Shown piece after piece: positions 26,541 through 42,402 of a stretch of DNA of 64,000 nucleotides. The stretch comes from Chrysomallon squamiferum. Its lineage: Eukaryota; Animalia; Mollusca. A model generated the notes under the pieces. It searched no databases and was not told the origin of the DNA. It worked only from the letters and a program-made list of their open reading frames with translations. Positions within the stretch are counted from its first letter, which is position 1. Each line of letters opens with the position of its first letter. Where the stretch lies: assembly GCA_012295275.1 (NCBI GenBank), contig CM022670.1, positions 7,750,001 to 7,814,000 of the forward strand, given 5' to 3'. The position numbers and the translations under genes are program-made.

Positions 26541-29500
26541 AATCAAAATATTTGACAGAATATATAAATATTCATTTTTATTTTATTGAGAATTAATGAA
26601 AATGTGAAGAAATATAATCAAGTCTTGAAAGTCACACTCAATAATGGACAGACATTTTTTCTGATGAGCAAATAACAGACACAAAGACAGAAAATGAGTT
26701 AGTCAGTCAAGTACATTATTCAAGAGCTGTGGGACTGATGAGATAACGTGAAGAACGACAAAAGCAATCAATATACGGACAAGATGCATTCTTTCATCCA
26801 CTGTCTCTCTGAATTCTTGTCCTCAGATTAAGTTTGAAAATCACAGAAGACGAATTATTATTATTTTTTTCTTTTCTTTTCTTTCTTCTTCAGCTTTTAC
26901 CGTAGGCAATTCTACAAATAACTGTGTTACCAGAAACGAGGTTATGAAATTCTTCGAACCTATTTACACAGATTAATATCCCAGTGGCAAACAGACTGTT
27001 CCAATTGACATGCAAATGACACTTCTGTCAAGTATTTGACTACTAATAATGGCAAACTGGGGTGGAGGTGGCAGAAGGACAATTGAATTCTCATTCCTCC
27101 ATTAATCAGTTGAAACAGTGCAAAGGTATTCTGCACTTTGGACAAGGTTTCAAATCTTTGTTTTTTTTTTGCTCGGATATTTCTGCAGCCTTGAAATATC
27201 GGTGACTTATGAAAGTGAACTTGCATAGCTCCTCTATTTTTGAAAAGTAAAAAAAACTTTAATAATTAATTTTTTTAGGTTCATTAGTTTTGTTGTATAT
27301 ACATATACAACACATTCAGGTATAGACAAATATAGATAAAGGCAGGCAGGAATTCAGGCAGGCAGACAGATAGATAAATAGTCAAACAAATGGATATAAT
27401 TGTAGTATAACAATTCTCCAAATTCCACAATACATTGCAATACATGACTATTACATAAACTGTGTTATAACATACATCAATTAGCGAAACACTGAATGAC
27501 ATTTAACTAACAGGGGAGTAACTCACACACACCTAGCAATTAACTGTATTATGTACTGGCTGGCAGACATTATTAATAATACAATATGTGTGGGCCTGTG
27601 TGTGTGTGTGTGGGTACACATAAACATATGCATAGAGAATCAATTCTGCTGATGTTTTGTATAAATGACTGCAAAATATTTTATTACCATGATTTTATTT
27701 ATTTATTTATTGAAAGTATTTTTCAGTATTGTTGTATATTGTTCATGCTGTTGTTATTTTTTCTGTTATTATTATTATTATTATTGTTATTATTTTTATT
27801 AAATTATTAATTCCAACTGTTTATATGTAAGTATAACAGCAGCATGTTTGTTTGAAACAGTTAAAACAGAAATCCTTTGTATTCTAACAACACATCTGAA
27901 TCCTCTTCATTTGCTTGTTTACAGGAATTTACAACAAGGTTTTGTATTACTTTCATATGCTAAGTTCATATCTTATTTTTATTATAAATTTATCAAATAA
28001 GTATTTTTAAAATATTAAAAATGAATACTCTTGGAAATAAAAGATTCTAAATTTAATAAAACAATGATACATTGTTTGAAAGTTTTGTATTAAGAAATGT
28101 TGTTTTTTTTTCTTTTTTTCTTAATGTTTAATTTTATTATAAATATATGAGCTATTTTGTGTTCTAAATAAAACAAATAAAATAAAAATTTAACATGTAC
28201 AAATCTATCACTGTAATATGTTAAAAATACAAGTCAAAAGCCTAGAAGGAAAATAATTAATTCATGATATTTCAACAAAATCACATAAAAAAATTATGTC
28301 ATAAAAATTCATAATATTAAAGTAAAAAATTTGATGTTCATGAAAAGTTTTTCAAAGCTAAAAAACTAAATGTAATGATAACATTTGTGACTTTGACATA
28401 AGCATAAATGTATTTGGTACATCAACAAATTTTCAAAAAACAGCCTTTTATAAAGCATATTCCTGTTCTTTACAAAATGTAAAATTTTTAAATTTCAAAT
28501 TTTTAACAGTAATGTCAGATTACAGACATTTCATTTAGAAAGCTCACAACACTCTATATTTAAATAAAACAAATACAAAATAAAATGTTTTGTGGCTGTT
28601 CGAACTAGCATTACAATGGTTAATTTTGGTCTTTTTTTTATCAAACTGATTTGACATTAAAAATGATTATAAAATATTAAAAAATATTGTTAAAAAGATC
28701 AAAGAAACTGAAATGGAAAAATATATAATTATGTTTTATTTTCATTTTTTTCTTTTCTTCTATATATTTTTATATTTTTATTTTATATAATTATATATAG
28801 ATTTTGTTTTTTTTCTTGGTTTTCATTTCTCATCTCGAACAAAGGTCACAAACAAAACATGAAAGGAAAGCATAATTCTATTCTTTTTTTTTTATTTACA
28901 CTATTACAATGCTGTATTATGACAATAATAACATTATTTCAGTCAATAAAACAATAACGTGCATAACAATATATACCAGAACTGTTTTCGTTTCTTCAAC
29001 AGCTGGAAAAACTTAACCTTATTTGTGTTAATGAAGTACAAATGAAATACAGCACATTTCACTTTTATTAAAACCAAGTGACTCCACACAAAATCATTAT
29101 CGTGGAGCAACAGAAATATCAATAAAAGAAAAAGAAATAAAAAGAAAAAAAATTCATGGATGCCATTTTTTTTTTTTCTTTTTAAGGAGTTGCTTGTTTT
29201 GCATCTGGTTCATTTTGTGAATTTGTTAAGATGGAATCAAACATTTTTGTTCTTCTTCTTCTTCATCTTTAAATAAATTTATGTTTACGTTCTCTTCATA
29301 TTTTATTTTTTATCACTTTTATCTCTTTTTTTTTCAAACATTTCTTTCTACTTTTTATTTGATTTTTTATCATTATCTTTTTAAAAAAAAATATAATTTT
29401 TTTTATCATTTTAATTTTTATTATTTATTTATAATATATATCTTTTTCATTTTTATTTATTTATTTTTTGGGGGATAATTTTGTTTACTGTTTATAAAAT

Positions 29501-29895
29501 TTTATCTTCTTTTTTTTTTATATATATATATTCTTATATTTTTTTACCATCACTTGATAAAGAAAAAGCAAGTTCAGCAAGATTTTCATGAATATTTGCA
29601 ATTCTGAATTTTCCTGGCCTGATCCTGGGGTCTGGAACTGACGAGTCTTTATGGACAAGATATGCAAATAATCTCATCTGCTAATGGTAGCTGAATGTGC
29701 TAAACATGACCTATATTTAAAGCAAGGGAAGTCTTAGATGACTCAGTGGAATTCAGTTACTAGGAATTTCACCAATACTGACAGTATTAGTGTTGTGTTG
29801 AGTAGGAGAGATAGACAGATAGACAGATAGACAGAGAGATAGACAGAGTGATAGAGATACAAATAGACAAACTGACAGATTGATTGATGCTTAGT

Positions 29896-29949
<54 letters not shown>

Positions 29950-32497
29950 CATTTGAAGTTTATAATATGTGAGATTTAAATTCTTGATGGACTCTTCAAA
30001 AGGATTGAATTGGTACTATTACGGTTAGGTTGTTTTCTTTGTTTTTGTGAGTTTTCTTTCTTTCTTAAAGTATGGCTTGTATTAACTTTCAGCAGTTTCA
30101 TTTCATTTCTTTTTCTATAATAGTTATGTGTATGAACATATTTTTGTATATGGTACAAAACAGAAGTCATTTATGGTACAAAACAGAAATCAACAATGAA
30201 ACATTCTTTGCTGTGAAAGTAACAAAAATAGCAAATGATATGACAGCAAATAACTTCTCCTTGAGAATTTATGTAGATATCTGTATGTGTGTGTGTATGT
30301 ATGTACATGTGTGTATGCGTATGTGTACATATGTGTATATGCATGCATGTATATGAATGTATGTATGTATTACAAAATTATATTTGACATTTACTAATGA
30401 ATAATTATCAAAATATGCTGATGACATTAAACTGTCATTCATCCTGTGTATCACTCATCTCATACAGTTAAAGTGCACAATGGCCGTCTGCCTGCCACTC
30501 AACTCATGAATTAATCTGACATGTACAAAATACAAGCAAACAATACAACACTGACCCTAACTCAGTATTTGTTTTCTAAAAACAGTCACCTAGAAAATAA
30601 AGCAGCTCTCTAAAAATATAACAAAACTAATCATTTATCATATGATTGCATTATATGTGTGTGTTTGTATTTGTGTGCGTGTCTGCAAAACAAGGATTTT
30701 TTTTGTTTTTTTATCCTTCTCCTAGCTCTTACAACGCAGATTTTTTAACAAACAAATCATCTATGAACAAAACAATTATAATTTATTTTTCACTTTGAGA
30801 AATACTTCAATACATGTCAGGATGTTGCTGTAAACATAGATACAAAACTGTACTCAGTAACCCAAAAATACAAAACAAAATGTATTGTCCAATACATTAC
30901 AACACATGTACCAGCCTTTCTCTGTTCAATACATTCAATGAATCATTCAGATGTGCATGTTTGGGTTTCTCATCAATCAATAGTGTTTTGTTACTGATGA
31001 TTCAAGCTACTGCTAATTCCATGAAGCAGACATGTCACATATGCTAGTACGTACAGATGAATGCTCCTATTTATTCGTTATTCCAAATACTGAGTGCAAT
31101 CTGACAACTCTAAGAGTGTGCAGGCTGATTAGACTGTCGTAAGATTATTAAAATATGTCTTCAGATACTCCTGTACACTAACATACATATAAACTGTGTA
31201 TGTATATATATGTACATGCACATGCATGTATATAGATTTACACACACACACACACACAGTTGATATATATATATATGTTAGTCTATAAGTATATCTGAAG
31301 ATACATCTTAATAAATATCATATATTTGTATGCGAGTATATATATATATATACATATGCATCTTGTCCATACAAACATACCTAAAAACTATATACATACA
31401 TACAAAGCAGATCTATACACAAATGTCCATATGAACGATGAGAACTCACATACATAATGCAGAAAGATATAGTCACTGATACATATACAGATATACACAT
31501 GCAACTCATAAATGTGCATATTTGTATATATAATTATGTATCATTGTATACATCTATGTATGTATGTATATATGTATGTATGTATGTATGTATGTGTGTG
31601 TGTATGTCTGTATGTATGTATGTGTATGTATGTATGTGTGTGTATGTGTGTGTTAGGATTTATGTCTGTGTATGAATGTATTTGTATGTATGCAATTTGT
31701 GTACGTGTGTACATGTGTGTCAATATACACTGAAATAAAACAATGACAGAAAACTTTAAAATAAAACAAAGACAGAAAACAAATAACAGAGAAAACCAAC
31801 ATCATTTAACACATGTCAACAATCCGACAGGATGTTGGGCATTCAGGGAATATTCCCTCTCTAAACATGAGACAAGACAACAGCATATCTGTGCCATAAT
31901 GAAGATAATTAGAGAAATCTGGATATAATTAATGCATCCTGTGAACCATCTGTGTGTGATAGCACAAGCATGGATTCCAGTGATTCCTGAAACCTCATAC
32001 TGAGTCATGCTGTTTTAGGCTTTAGCACCAAGCTTGCTTCACAAAGTGAGAAAATTCATCTCCTAACAGATTCATCCTATAACTGGTGACATTCTTGAAA
32101 CTTCTTTTTAATGTCATCACTCAGCTATTATTTTCCATTCCAACCAGATATTATTTCTATGTGCTTTCTTATATAGCATTCTATGGGAAGGTGTATGTAA
32201 ACAAAAACTTACTGCTAATCAAAAAAAGAGTAACCCCTGATGATAAGTTTTCTCTCATTTTTGGTGTGGTATTAACTGCATATAAATGAAAATTATAAAA
32301 ACCTTGCATTTGTTATTAAATAAAATTTTTTTTTTTTCCTTTTTCTGATGATATACATTTTATTACTAATTTAAATTTCTTATACTGGGTATGATTTATT
32401 TACAAATAACTTATATTATTTGTGTATGAATGCCATGTGTGTGCATGTGTGTATGTGTGTGTATGTATCTATATGTACACACACACCCACACCCAAA

Positions 32498-32570
<73 letters not shown>

Positions 32571-33254
32571 GTATGTTTGTGCATAATGTATCTATGTATG
32601 TGAGTGTATACGTGTCTGTGTGTATGTATATAATTATCAGACATATTATACTAAATCATTATAAATTTATAGTAATGTAGATTCATCATTTTACATTATA
32701 TTAAAAATGAATACTGTTTTTGTTTGTTTTTTTACCACACCAATGATAACACCCATCCCACCAACCCTCCCCCCAGCCATAAATCTATGTCTCTGCTTAA
32801 TGATCACAGCCGCAGGAATGCAGATGAAGCAGTTTTTTTGAAACATGATGTTGATGAAAAGACATTTTTATTAGTAAACCTATAAATGCTGTAATTTATG
32901 TAGTGACTCACGATCTCTGAGTCAACTCCCACATATCTGACCTTTCGGTGTTTAATGTGTGGTTTCATGTGAAAGAGCAATTCAGTGTTTAATGTGAGCA
33001 AAATGAAAAGAAAAAAACACATCATTTTCTTAATTCAAGTAAGTGAGTTGAAAAAGTGATCTGTTTACAACCGTGAAGTGATTCGAGATGATGAGTCAGT
33101 TTAACACTTTGGGCCGTTCACTGAATGAATGAATGAATGAATGAATAAAACTATGTTATCCAAATACCTATATCCTATAGATCAGTATTCCAGTATTAGC
33201 AAAGTAACACACTTATAATAATATGCCAGTTTTATGTGCCCTTAGCAATAAAAC

Positions 33255-33430
33255 AATATATCAACTACCAATATCTGGTTGTCAGTATATCAATTACTAC
33301 CCATATCTGTTAACAACCAACTGCCACCAGTATCTGGTTGTCAACATATCAACTACCAGTCTCTTTTTTTGGCAAACTATCAGCTATTGACATTTGGCTG
33401 TCAACATATCAATAACAAACATCCAGTTGT
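33255..33430. repeat. Degenerate tandem repeat (ATATCAACTACCA..TCTGGTTGTCA units)
   Basis: The motif recurs about four times with divergence. Confidence 0.65.
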
Positions 33431-35120
33431 TGACAAATCAAAATTGCAACTTTCAACTGTTGACATACTGATTATCATCCAATTATCAATATCAGTTAAC
33501 AAGTATTTTGCTGATCACCTTTGTTTTCTTAATTTAAAATTTAGCTAGGTATCATCAAATGCTCATCATAAATATAGGTCCCCTGAGTAAAATGATAAAA
33601 AATAAATAGAAAAAGGAATTTTGTCATCTTACGGTCATTATAGAAATATGTATGTATGTATGTATGTATGTAAATATATATCTTTATTTTTATATGTGTT
33701 TGCACATTTGTGTATATACATGTGTGTTTATTTATACATACATACATACACACTCATGGGTGTTCACACACACACACACACACATGTATAAAATCAAATA
33801 TTGTGGATGAGAATTTTGAGATGGTCATTACAGAAACACATCACTGAAAACATCCACTTTGGTCTGTTGTAAAAATAAATTCAGACCTGATACCAAAATA
33901 TTAATCACAGTCCTGACTGATTTGTCTCTAACAACAATTTATTCAGTTATTCTCATACCTGCAAAGATAAACAAAAACGGGTTTTAAACATCAGCAGTGT
34001 TTTGGGCTTGTGGTCAATAATTGATAAAGTACTGTCAGTTGTGAAAACGGTGGAGAGAGACTGGCGAATGTTTTCACGAAAATCAATATCACCTCTTTGT
34101 CAAGTAAGATGTCCACTGGTACCAGCTGCAGTTGTCACAGATTTCAAAAACATTTATTAAAACTTTATAGCTTTTTAGCGTTGACTCACTTATTTCTTTT
34201 TATTCAGTATGAACTTTTTAAATTTCAGCAAGAAGAAGAGGAGAAATAAAAATAAGAATGACGATGATGATGATGATGATGATGTTGATGATAATGTTTG
34301 TTGATTTGTTTTAATAAAATATTATCCCACTTAAAATCGCTAATTTTCACTTTTGTTCTGCACAAAACTTAAATAAAAAAAATAAAAAAATAATGGCCGA
34401 TGTTTGACGAAAATAAATGAGTCATGACTAAAACACATTTTTAACGTCTCGAACAATTTCGGCGGGATACCAAAATGTAGTTAAATCGTTTTCATTTTAC
34501 AACTTTTTTTTTTTTTTTTTCCCCTGGAATAATAAATTAGCTTACAAGAAAAATGGTAAAATGAAAGAAACGAGTTAAATACACTATAATGTATTTATTT
34601 CTCTCTCTCTCTTTTTTTTTTTTTCTTTGAATTAAAACGCGCCGATTCACACAAAATGAAACAATAATACTGTCTGCAACGGACAATTTGGGATTTGTTT
34701 GAATAATCCTAAATTAAGTAGACGGCAAACGGAATAAAATTCAGATATCTGTAACAATCTGCGTTATTTCAAAACGCTTCAGCAATAAAAATTATCGTGC
34801 ATAACGTATTTTAAATTTAAAAAAAAAAAAAAAAAAAGGGTCTTTGTGTTTGACCTTGACCTTGCTAGCAGGAATCAGACAGAAGTGCGTGACAGAACAT
34901 CTAATAACGTCTCAACAGCGTACAGATTTTCACACCGGTGTCACAAACTATTGAAAAGACGGAAACGCACACACAAAGCTCCCGAAAAGTAGGTATTTTA
35001 CACTGAATAAACCGTGCAGTTTAATTCAAAGAAAACGCTGTGAGGTAGCCAGTTTGAATGGCGTGCACATGCAATCGGTCATAGAATTACAGACGAGAAT
35101 GACCCGTGGATTTCCTGTGC

Positions 35121-35204
35121 AACAATTTTACCATGGTGCGCTGATCAAAGGCGCGTGTGAAATCAATATGGCTGCCGTGCGATATCCGAATTTGTACGCG
35201 ACTC
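35121..35204 (+). repeat. Dispersed ~84-bp repeat, copy 1
   Basis: AACAATTTTACCATGGTGCGCTGATCAAAGGCGCGTGTGAAATCAATATGGCTGCCGTGC..GCGACTC recurs at 38624-38706. Confidence 0.85.
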
Positions 35205-35220
35205 ATGAAAAAAAAAAAAG

Positions 35221-35251
<31 letters not shown>

Positions 35252-35879
35252 AATAAAATTTAAATTAATTTTAAACAAATTTAAAAAGCGTACAAAAATC
35301 CAACGTAACTGGATGACAATAACTAATAATTCATGACAATAACAGAAAACACTTTTTCTTCTTTAATATTTTCTTCCATCTTTTTTCTCCCTTTTTTATT
35401 TGATTATTTCGTCCCTTTTTTTATGGTTTCTCTCAAAAGAAGAGCAAACATTAAATATCTTTATTGATTAAGTTAGCTGTCCATAAATCATTTTCTTGGT
35501 ACTGAAGTGATCGCCGAATACACGGTGCATACCGCGTAAACAATTAAAGCGCAGTACATCAAGAGGAGGATTTCGTATCGCTGGTTAGTATTAGTATTCC
35601 AATCATTCATGCAGGAGCGACTTCAAGGAAATGTCATAACGATTCCTGTAGTTATGCATGACATCTAGTTTTGCTTCGTTTAACCCTATTTAAATAAATA
35701 AAGTAACGGAAACGGGTTAAGTCGACTGCTTAGTTACATATTCTACAAACAAAAACCTGCATCGCTTTTGCATCTGCAGTACTAAAGTTTTATCTCTATT
35801 ATTTATCAGTTAATTATAACTGTATGCATCATCAGTGTATGGGTTTATGATTCTTACGCCTAATGTCAATTCCTGTTTT

Positions 35880-35937
<58 letters not shown>

Positions 35938-36464
35938 CCCCCACCTATTCATCTACACAACACATAATTTATAATATGAAAACCTAGAAAGATGGTCTTA
36001 AAATCTCTTTGCAGCAGTTATGTTTGTTTAAATACAGTAACAAGATACAGTGAACTGATACTTAGGTCCCGACCCCGTTTAATCATTATAATGTCTTCTG
36101 TCAGTTCCCATGAAACATCTGACACCTTTTTTTATATACACTACAATTGTAACAGTAACATATATCTCACGCAGTCGAAATTACATTAACATTTAACACA
36201 TGTAAAAGTAACATTAAATCTGACACTATCAAAATATATTAGCATTTGAAGTACCTGACTCTAACACGAAATGTGTGACTCTAAATATTACCGTAACCCT
36301 TTAACACCCAAGTTACACAAATCATACTTTGTTAACACGTAATCGCCAAGCTTTTATTTCATTTCCAGTTCTGACTCTTAACTGTGTAAGTACTTCTTAG
36401 TTAATTTTCTTAATATGTCTTAATCAAACTTGAAAATGTTTGTTACAGACATTTAACGTTAATG

Positions 36465-36575
<111 letters not shown>

Positions 36576-38623
36576 AATAAATGTGTGTATGTCGTGATAT
36601 AAATAGCGGCGTGGGAATAGAAGGGTAAGTGAAAAAATGGCTTTTTATCAGAAGTTGAAAAACGTTCTGGCAGTGTTTCAAATAAAATGTGTTTCTGAAT
36701 AAAGCCTGACTAGGTAAGACACCGGTTTGGTAAGAGTCACTGTCTGATAACACTCGGAGAGATTTCAGTGCTCGTCAGAAAGAAAAAGTGAAGATACGAA
36801 AAGAATGTGTGGGAAAATGAAAAGAATAGAGAAGGAAACAAAGAAAGAAAACAAACGAAATAGCCAAAAGAAGGCAGAATAAAACGACTAAAGAAAGGAG
36901 AGACAGAAGAGGCAAGATAATATGAGAAAGAAAAAGCAAATGAAAGAACGAAAAAGAAATAAAAGATACAAACGAAAGAAAGAAATACTTAAAAATGTTC
37001 TAAATCTTACATTTCCATTTTATTGATCCGGTTTTTAGACGTAACGCCTAACATTCACACCAATTAGGCCGGATTCTATTTCAGTACACATGAAACAAAT
37101 CCCATTTATAATTCATCAAACCAAGCTAATAGAATATCTACTGAATTATCATCTTAACTATTAGCTTGCACTTTTTCAAACACGACTGAAAAAAAAAAAA
37201 AAAAAAATGAACTAAAGAAATCTCAAAATAATAAAAGGTACAAAATAAAAAAAAAAAAAAAATGAAGGTAATATCTAGAAAGCACTTTTTGTACAAAAAT
37301 GGCGGCCACACACGCAGTCTCGCTGTGCTCAAAATGAGGATCATTGTTCAATATGCGTGCATAAAGCTATCGATGTGGTTTGAGACCGACTCTAGCTGCC
37401 TGCTATTCCTTTCACACAGGAAATAAACTGATCAATAGGTTCTGACCTTCTCCCTGCTGCTTCAAAAGAAGACATGATACAAGAGAATGGCTGCAAGTCA
37501 CCAATAGTTAAAACGTCGGGTGGAAACTAATTACCATACCCCAAGCAGAAAACGCAAAGTCATCAGAAACGAGTGTATTCGTTGAAGAAATATTATTAAC
37601 GTGAAGCAGAGTGGAGCAGGACAATGAACTCCAGACTTGTTATGTAAAATGCGTCAAGGAAAATTATAGGCTACACGAGTTGGTTAAAATTTGAATATTA
37701 TCATGTAGGTTTTAAAAAAAAAAAAAAATAAAAAATAAAGGAATTTCTTATTAGAAATCTTCAGAGATTTATGAGGATTTTTTTCAATGTTTTCTTTTGC
37801 TTGTTTTTTTTTTTTTTTTCATATAAAATGCTACACTTTCTGTGTTTATTAATTTTGAAATGCCACAACGTTACAACATTATTCTAGATCCGAGACAGAT
37901 AAATACATAGGCATTTTATTCTCAAACTTAACAAAATCCTGATAACAAAATATAAACACAATTAATCCATTAAGGAACCATTACATTTATTTTATTACCT
38001 AACAGAAATCTGCTAAATGCCGAATGCTTTCACTCCAGATGGAATTATTTTAATATGCCGATTTCGTGTTTGTTGTTTTTACCTTTTATTCTGTATAATT
38101 TTCATTCAAAGCAGACTTTGTAACACTCCTCCCCCAACCTCCAAAAATAACAAAGAAGCAAAAAACAACTGTCAAATAACGGCTACCCTCTAAATCAATA
38201 TCTATTTGAATGTATATTCAAAAAGCCAAACACATAAAGAAAAATGACTTAACTGAAAACAATACCAGTGATTATATAAACGCTGTTCGATATTTCAGCC
38301 ATTATGGATATCATATCGTATTTACACTGTTAGCGTACAAAAGACTGTTTTATGCTAAGAGTACACGCTTTCTTTAATATGTGGGTTAATAACAGACCGA
38401 AATGTAGATGACGACTGAAGAAAAGAACTGAAAGATAAAACTGACTGCAACTGCAAAACGAAAATAGAAGAAAAAAAAAAAAAAAGAAAAAAACCAGACA
38501 AAGAGACAGACATGCTGATATACATGGATAAAATGTAATATGATAGAAAGAAAGAAAGAAATGATATGATATAAAGCGAATGTAAATAATATATTCCGAA
38601 ATAAAAGCTTCATTTATCTTGAA

Positions 38624-38706
38624 AACAATTTTAGCATGGTATGCTGATCAAAGGCGCGTATGCAATCAATATGGCTGCCGTGCAATAACTAATTTGTATG
38701 CGACTC
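38624..38706 (+). repeat. Dispersed ~84-bp repeat, copy 2
   Basis: Direct, diverged copy of 35121-35204; several of the differences are C>T or G>A. Confidence 0.85.
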
Positions 38707-39933
38707 TCTTATATAGGAACAAAAAAATTAAAACTAATTTTAAGGGAGTGTTCGGATAAATTAAAATTATATTGTAAAGAAAAGACACGTGTACGTCGTC
38801 GTTTTCTTTGTCCACGCTCTGCATGACTTCAGATACAAACTCGTTTGCGTGTAACTGGGTTTCATCCAAGTTGCAGATAAATTAAATAATCATATACACA
38901 GACGCTTTCCTGCGTGCATAATACAGAAAATAAATGAAGGTATAATAAAGATTGATTCATGTAACAGCGCCTGCTATTTGTCTTTAGCTCCATCCAGAAA
39001 CAAGATAAGGCAAGCTGGAGGGAATCAGCAGCTTGGATATTACGTAAGAGGTGTACAGATTGGGCGGGGGGTAGAGGACGTCATGATTAAACACGTGATT
39101 GTTGAAACATGAACCAAAGACAGGAATTTAAATATAAGTCAAATGTCATGTTGGCTTGAAACGATTAAATGTGTTTAATTTTCCTCATTTGTTAAATGTT
39201 TCAAAACTGCTGGTGTTAAACGTATACAGTACATCAGTCTTCCTTATTGTGTATGCAGTGTCCCAATATTCCTTGTTCTGTATCCAGTGTACAAACATTC
39301 CTTATTGCGTATGCAGTGTACCATTGTTCCCTATTGCTTCCAATTAACTTTTTCAGCGTGGAAGATCGATGCACGCCTACATAATTACATGGTCTTAGTG
39401 GTGGTGAGGGAGGGATAATTACTAAATGAATACAGAATACACGGAGAAAGGAGTGTAGAAAAATCTCATATTGTTTGACTAGAGATATTTAGTATATGTC
39501 CTCTATTGTGACAGCTTTAATGACACAGATCATAGCACACTGACACTAACTTTACAAAGTATTTTGGGCTTTCTTACTAACTTACCTTTCAGGTAACTTC
39601 ACTAGTTAAATTTTCTTTCTATTTTCGATTCTTTATTGTTAATTGTTAATTTTATTTTTATTTTATTTTATTTTATTTTATTTTATTTTATTTTATTTTA
39701 TTTTTTTCTTCTTTTTTTTTCTTTATTATTATTATTATTTTTTTTTAATATTTTTAATTGATTTTGGATGAGATAAGAAGGTGAAACTGTTGTTTCAAAT
39801 TATGTTTTTGTTGTTGTTTGTTGGTTTGCTCGTTTATGGTTCCTCCGGTTGCTATAGCACATGACGACCAGTCAGGTGTCTTCTAAACAGATTGTAGATG
39901 CAAACTGGTGAAATCAAAGAAGAGATCACTTAC

Positions 39934-42402
39934 CTCCTTGTGTCCTTCATAAGCAGACATGTGAAGAGGTGTCCAGCCAGAGTTGTCTCTGTGCATCTCA
40001 TCTAGACCTCTGTCCAGCAGCTGCTGGACCACAGTAACGTTCCCTTGTGCTGCCGCGATGCAGAGGACGGTGCGGCCCTCGGCGTCAATCTGGTCCACTG
40101 CTGAACCCCAGAACAACAGCTGGGCAACGACACGTTCATGTCCCATGGATGCTGCTGCCCACAACGGTGTTCTGTTGTTATGATCACAGTGGTTAACGTC
40201 GGCGTCCCACTCCAACAGCATTTCACAGACGTCGTGGTGGCCTTCGTATGCGGCGACAACTAGAGGCGTCATGCCGTCGTGATCTTGGTGATCGACGCAG
40301 GCTCCTCTCTCCAACAACAAACTGACAACTCTTTCGTGTCCTTCGCTAGCAGGAATGCAGAGTGCCGCCACCGACAACGCTGTTCTGCCGTCGCAGTCCT
40401 CGTGGTTGATGTCTGCATTGTAATCCAAGATGTGGCTCACGATTTCTACATGTCCCATGTAGGCTGCCGCTATTAATGCTGTCCGGCCTTCGTTGTCTGC
40501 CTTGTTGACGTCTGCACCGTGTTCTAGTAATTTGAGAACAATGTCCTCGTGTCCGCCCCACGCTGCAGCTCTTAAAGCTGTCCTTCGTTCACTGTCAGCG
40601 TGGTCAACTTGACAACCTGCGTCTAGCAACGTCCCTACAACGGCGGTGTGACCGCCCCACGCTGCTGATCGCAACGCCGTCCAACCATCATTATCAGCGT
40701 GGTCAACGTCGGCTTTAGTTTTTAACAGAGCAATAACAACGTCATTATGACCTTGTCTGGCAGCCAGATTCAGTGCTGTTTGTCCAGTTTTGTCGACAGT
40801 TTCGACATTCGCACCTTTGTGTATTAACAAATGCACCACCTGCGTGTTACCTTGGTAGGCCGCAGTGTGCAGCAGCGTTCTTCCGTTAGCGTCGACGTGG
40901 TCCAGAGGTATATCCACCTCGTGTATGGCAGTCACGCCTTCACTCTGTACAGTTTCTTGTTCCACACTTTGAGCTGAACGGTCACTACACGGCATCACTG
41001 CCCCAGCGTCCAATAAAACTTTTAAAACTTTCTGATCTTTCGGCATCGCGCCGGACAAGCACGATTCCACCTGCGCCCCCGACAGTAACAACCACTGAAC
41101 TATGTGGTAATGCTGGATCGGCGGTTGAAAATTAGCTCTTACCAGATGCAGCACGAAATCTTGTACTTCCGCTGATGAAAGAGAGGGTCCGTTTGTTGTT
41201 GCGTACATAGCCAGCATGCCATGGCCTTCGCTGGCGTTACACAGGTATTTCTGTGTGCAGTGTTTTACATCCAACGTCCACTCGGCGAAACTGTGATGAA
41301 ATAAAATCTTAGTTCCTCCCGGCCCATCAATGAGTATTTTTGTCATCAGTTTTAACCTCCTGTCAAATTCTTCTCTGGTTAGTGTAGAATTACGTGTCTG
41401 TGCACATAAACAGATCTGGCTCTCACTCAGCGGTCTCTGGGAGGCTAGCAAAACATTGAGAATTGGCTGAATCTTCACGAACTGTTTCCTAATAAAAAGT
41501 CTTTGACATAACCACAAATATAAACCGTTTAGAGTGCCTGGTATTTCTCTGATCTCTCGCAGCATTATAAAATTTTCAGCTACGCCGTCCAAAACCTTCT
41601 CCAAATACAGGAAGCAGCCGTTACTTTTAATATGCAGCTGGTTTAGCATTTCCGCAGTGTCTCTGCTCAGATGTTGTCTCAAAGCTTCCTCTTGGTCCAG
41701 TCGACACAGAATGTACTGCTGGACATCTCTGACTATGTGAGACTTTCTCAGATCGTCCAGACTAATTTTCCTAAAACCTGTGAACATTCTGTTCACCGTT
41801 TTACTCTGCTTTCTAGAAGAGCAGATGAGTAAGAGCCAGGGCGGGAAAGAGGGGTGGTGGTTCGCCAGCAAGTCTGCGATGGTTCGACTGCAGCTCGTCC
41901 GCTCATTGATTGTCTGAAGGTAGGACTCGTCGATCGAATCCACCAGCATGAACAGGGTGTGGTGCGGGGGTGAAATTTCTGACAACGGGTCGATCACAGC
42001 TTTCCGAAAAGTCTCGTCGGGGTTACGATCGCACTCGATCGGGTCCAGCAGTTTCTGTATAGCAGGGTCCTCGATTATTTCTCTGTAACCTTGTATAAGA
42101 TCACACTTGACAAGCTGGCGAACAATGTTGCCGATGAAATTGACAATGGACAGCGTGTCGATGTCGTGAGCCTGACAGAAGTGGAACGCCAAAAGTCGTT
42201 TGTGTAACGAGTTTTGTTTACCCGTGGTGACAGTCGGCCAAACCAGTTCACAACATAAAGCCGATTTGCCACAGCCAGGCCCTCCCATGACCAAGGCCCC
42301 ACACGTTTTCGACGCAGGCCTGTTTTCCAAGCAGTGGACCACTTTGCTGAAGGCCCATTCCCGGCAGAAGAAACGTTTACCTTTAAGCAGGCTCTGTGTC
42401 AT
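39934..42402 (-). CDS. ANKRD50: ANKRD50 orthologue, coding exon 1 (823 codons): STAND/NACHT-like P-loop NTPase domain followed by ankyrin repeats
   Basis: ORF starts [20 protein letters not shown], which resembles the ANKRD50 N-terminus as I recall it. Walker A GGPGCGKS and Walker [11 protein letters not shown] are present, then repeated (D)xxGRTAL..AA..GH ankyrin units. The ATG has CAAAATG context and an in-frame upstream stop. Donor GAG|GTAAGT at 39934/39933, phase 0. Confidence 0.93.
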
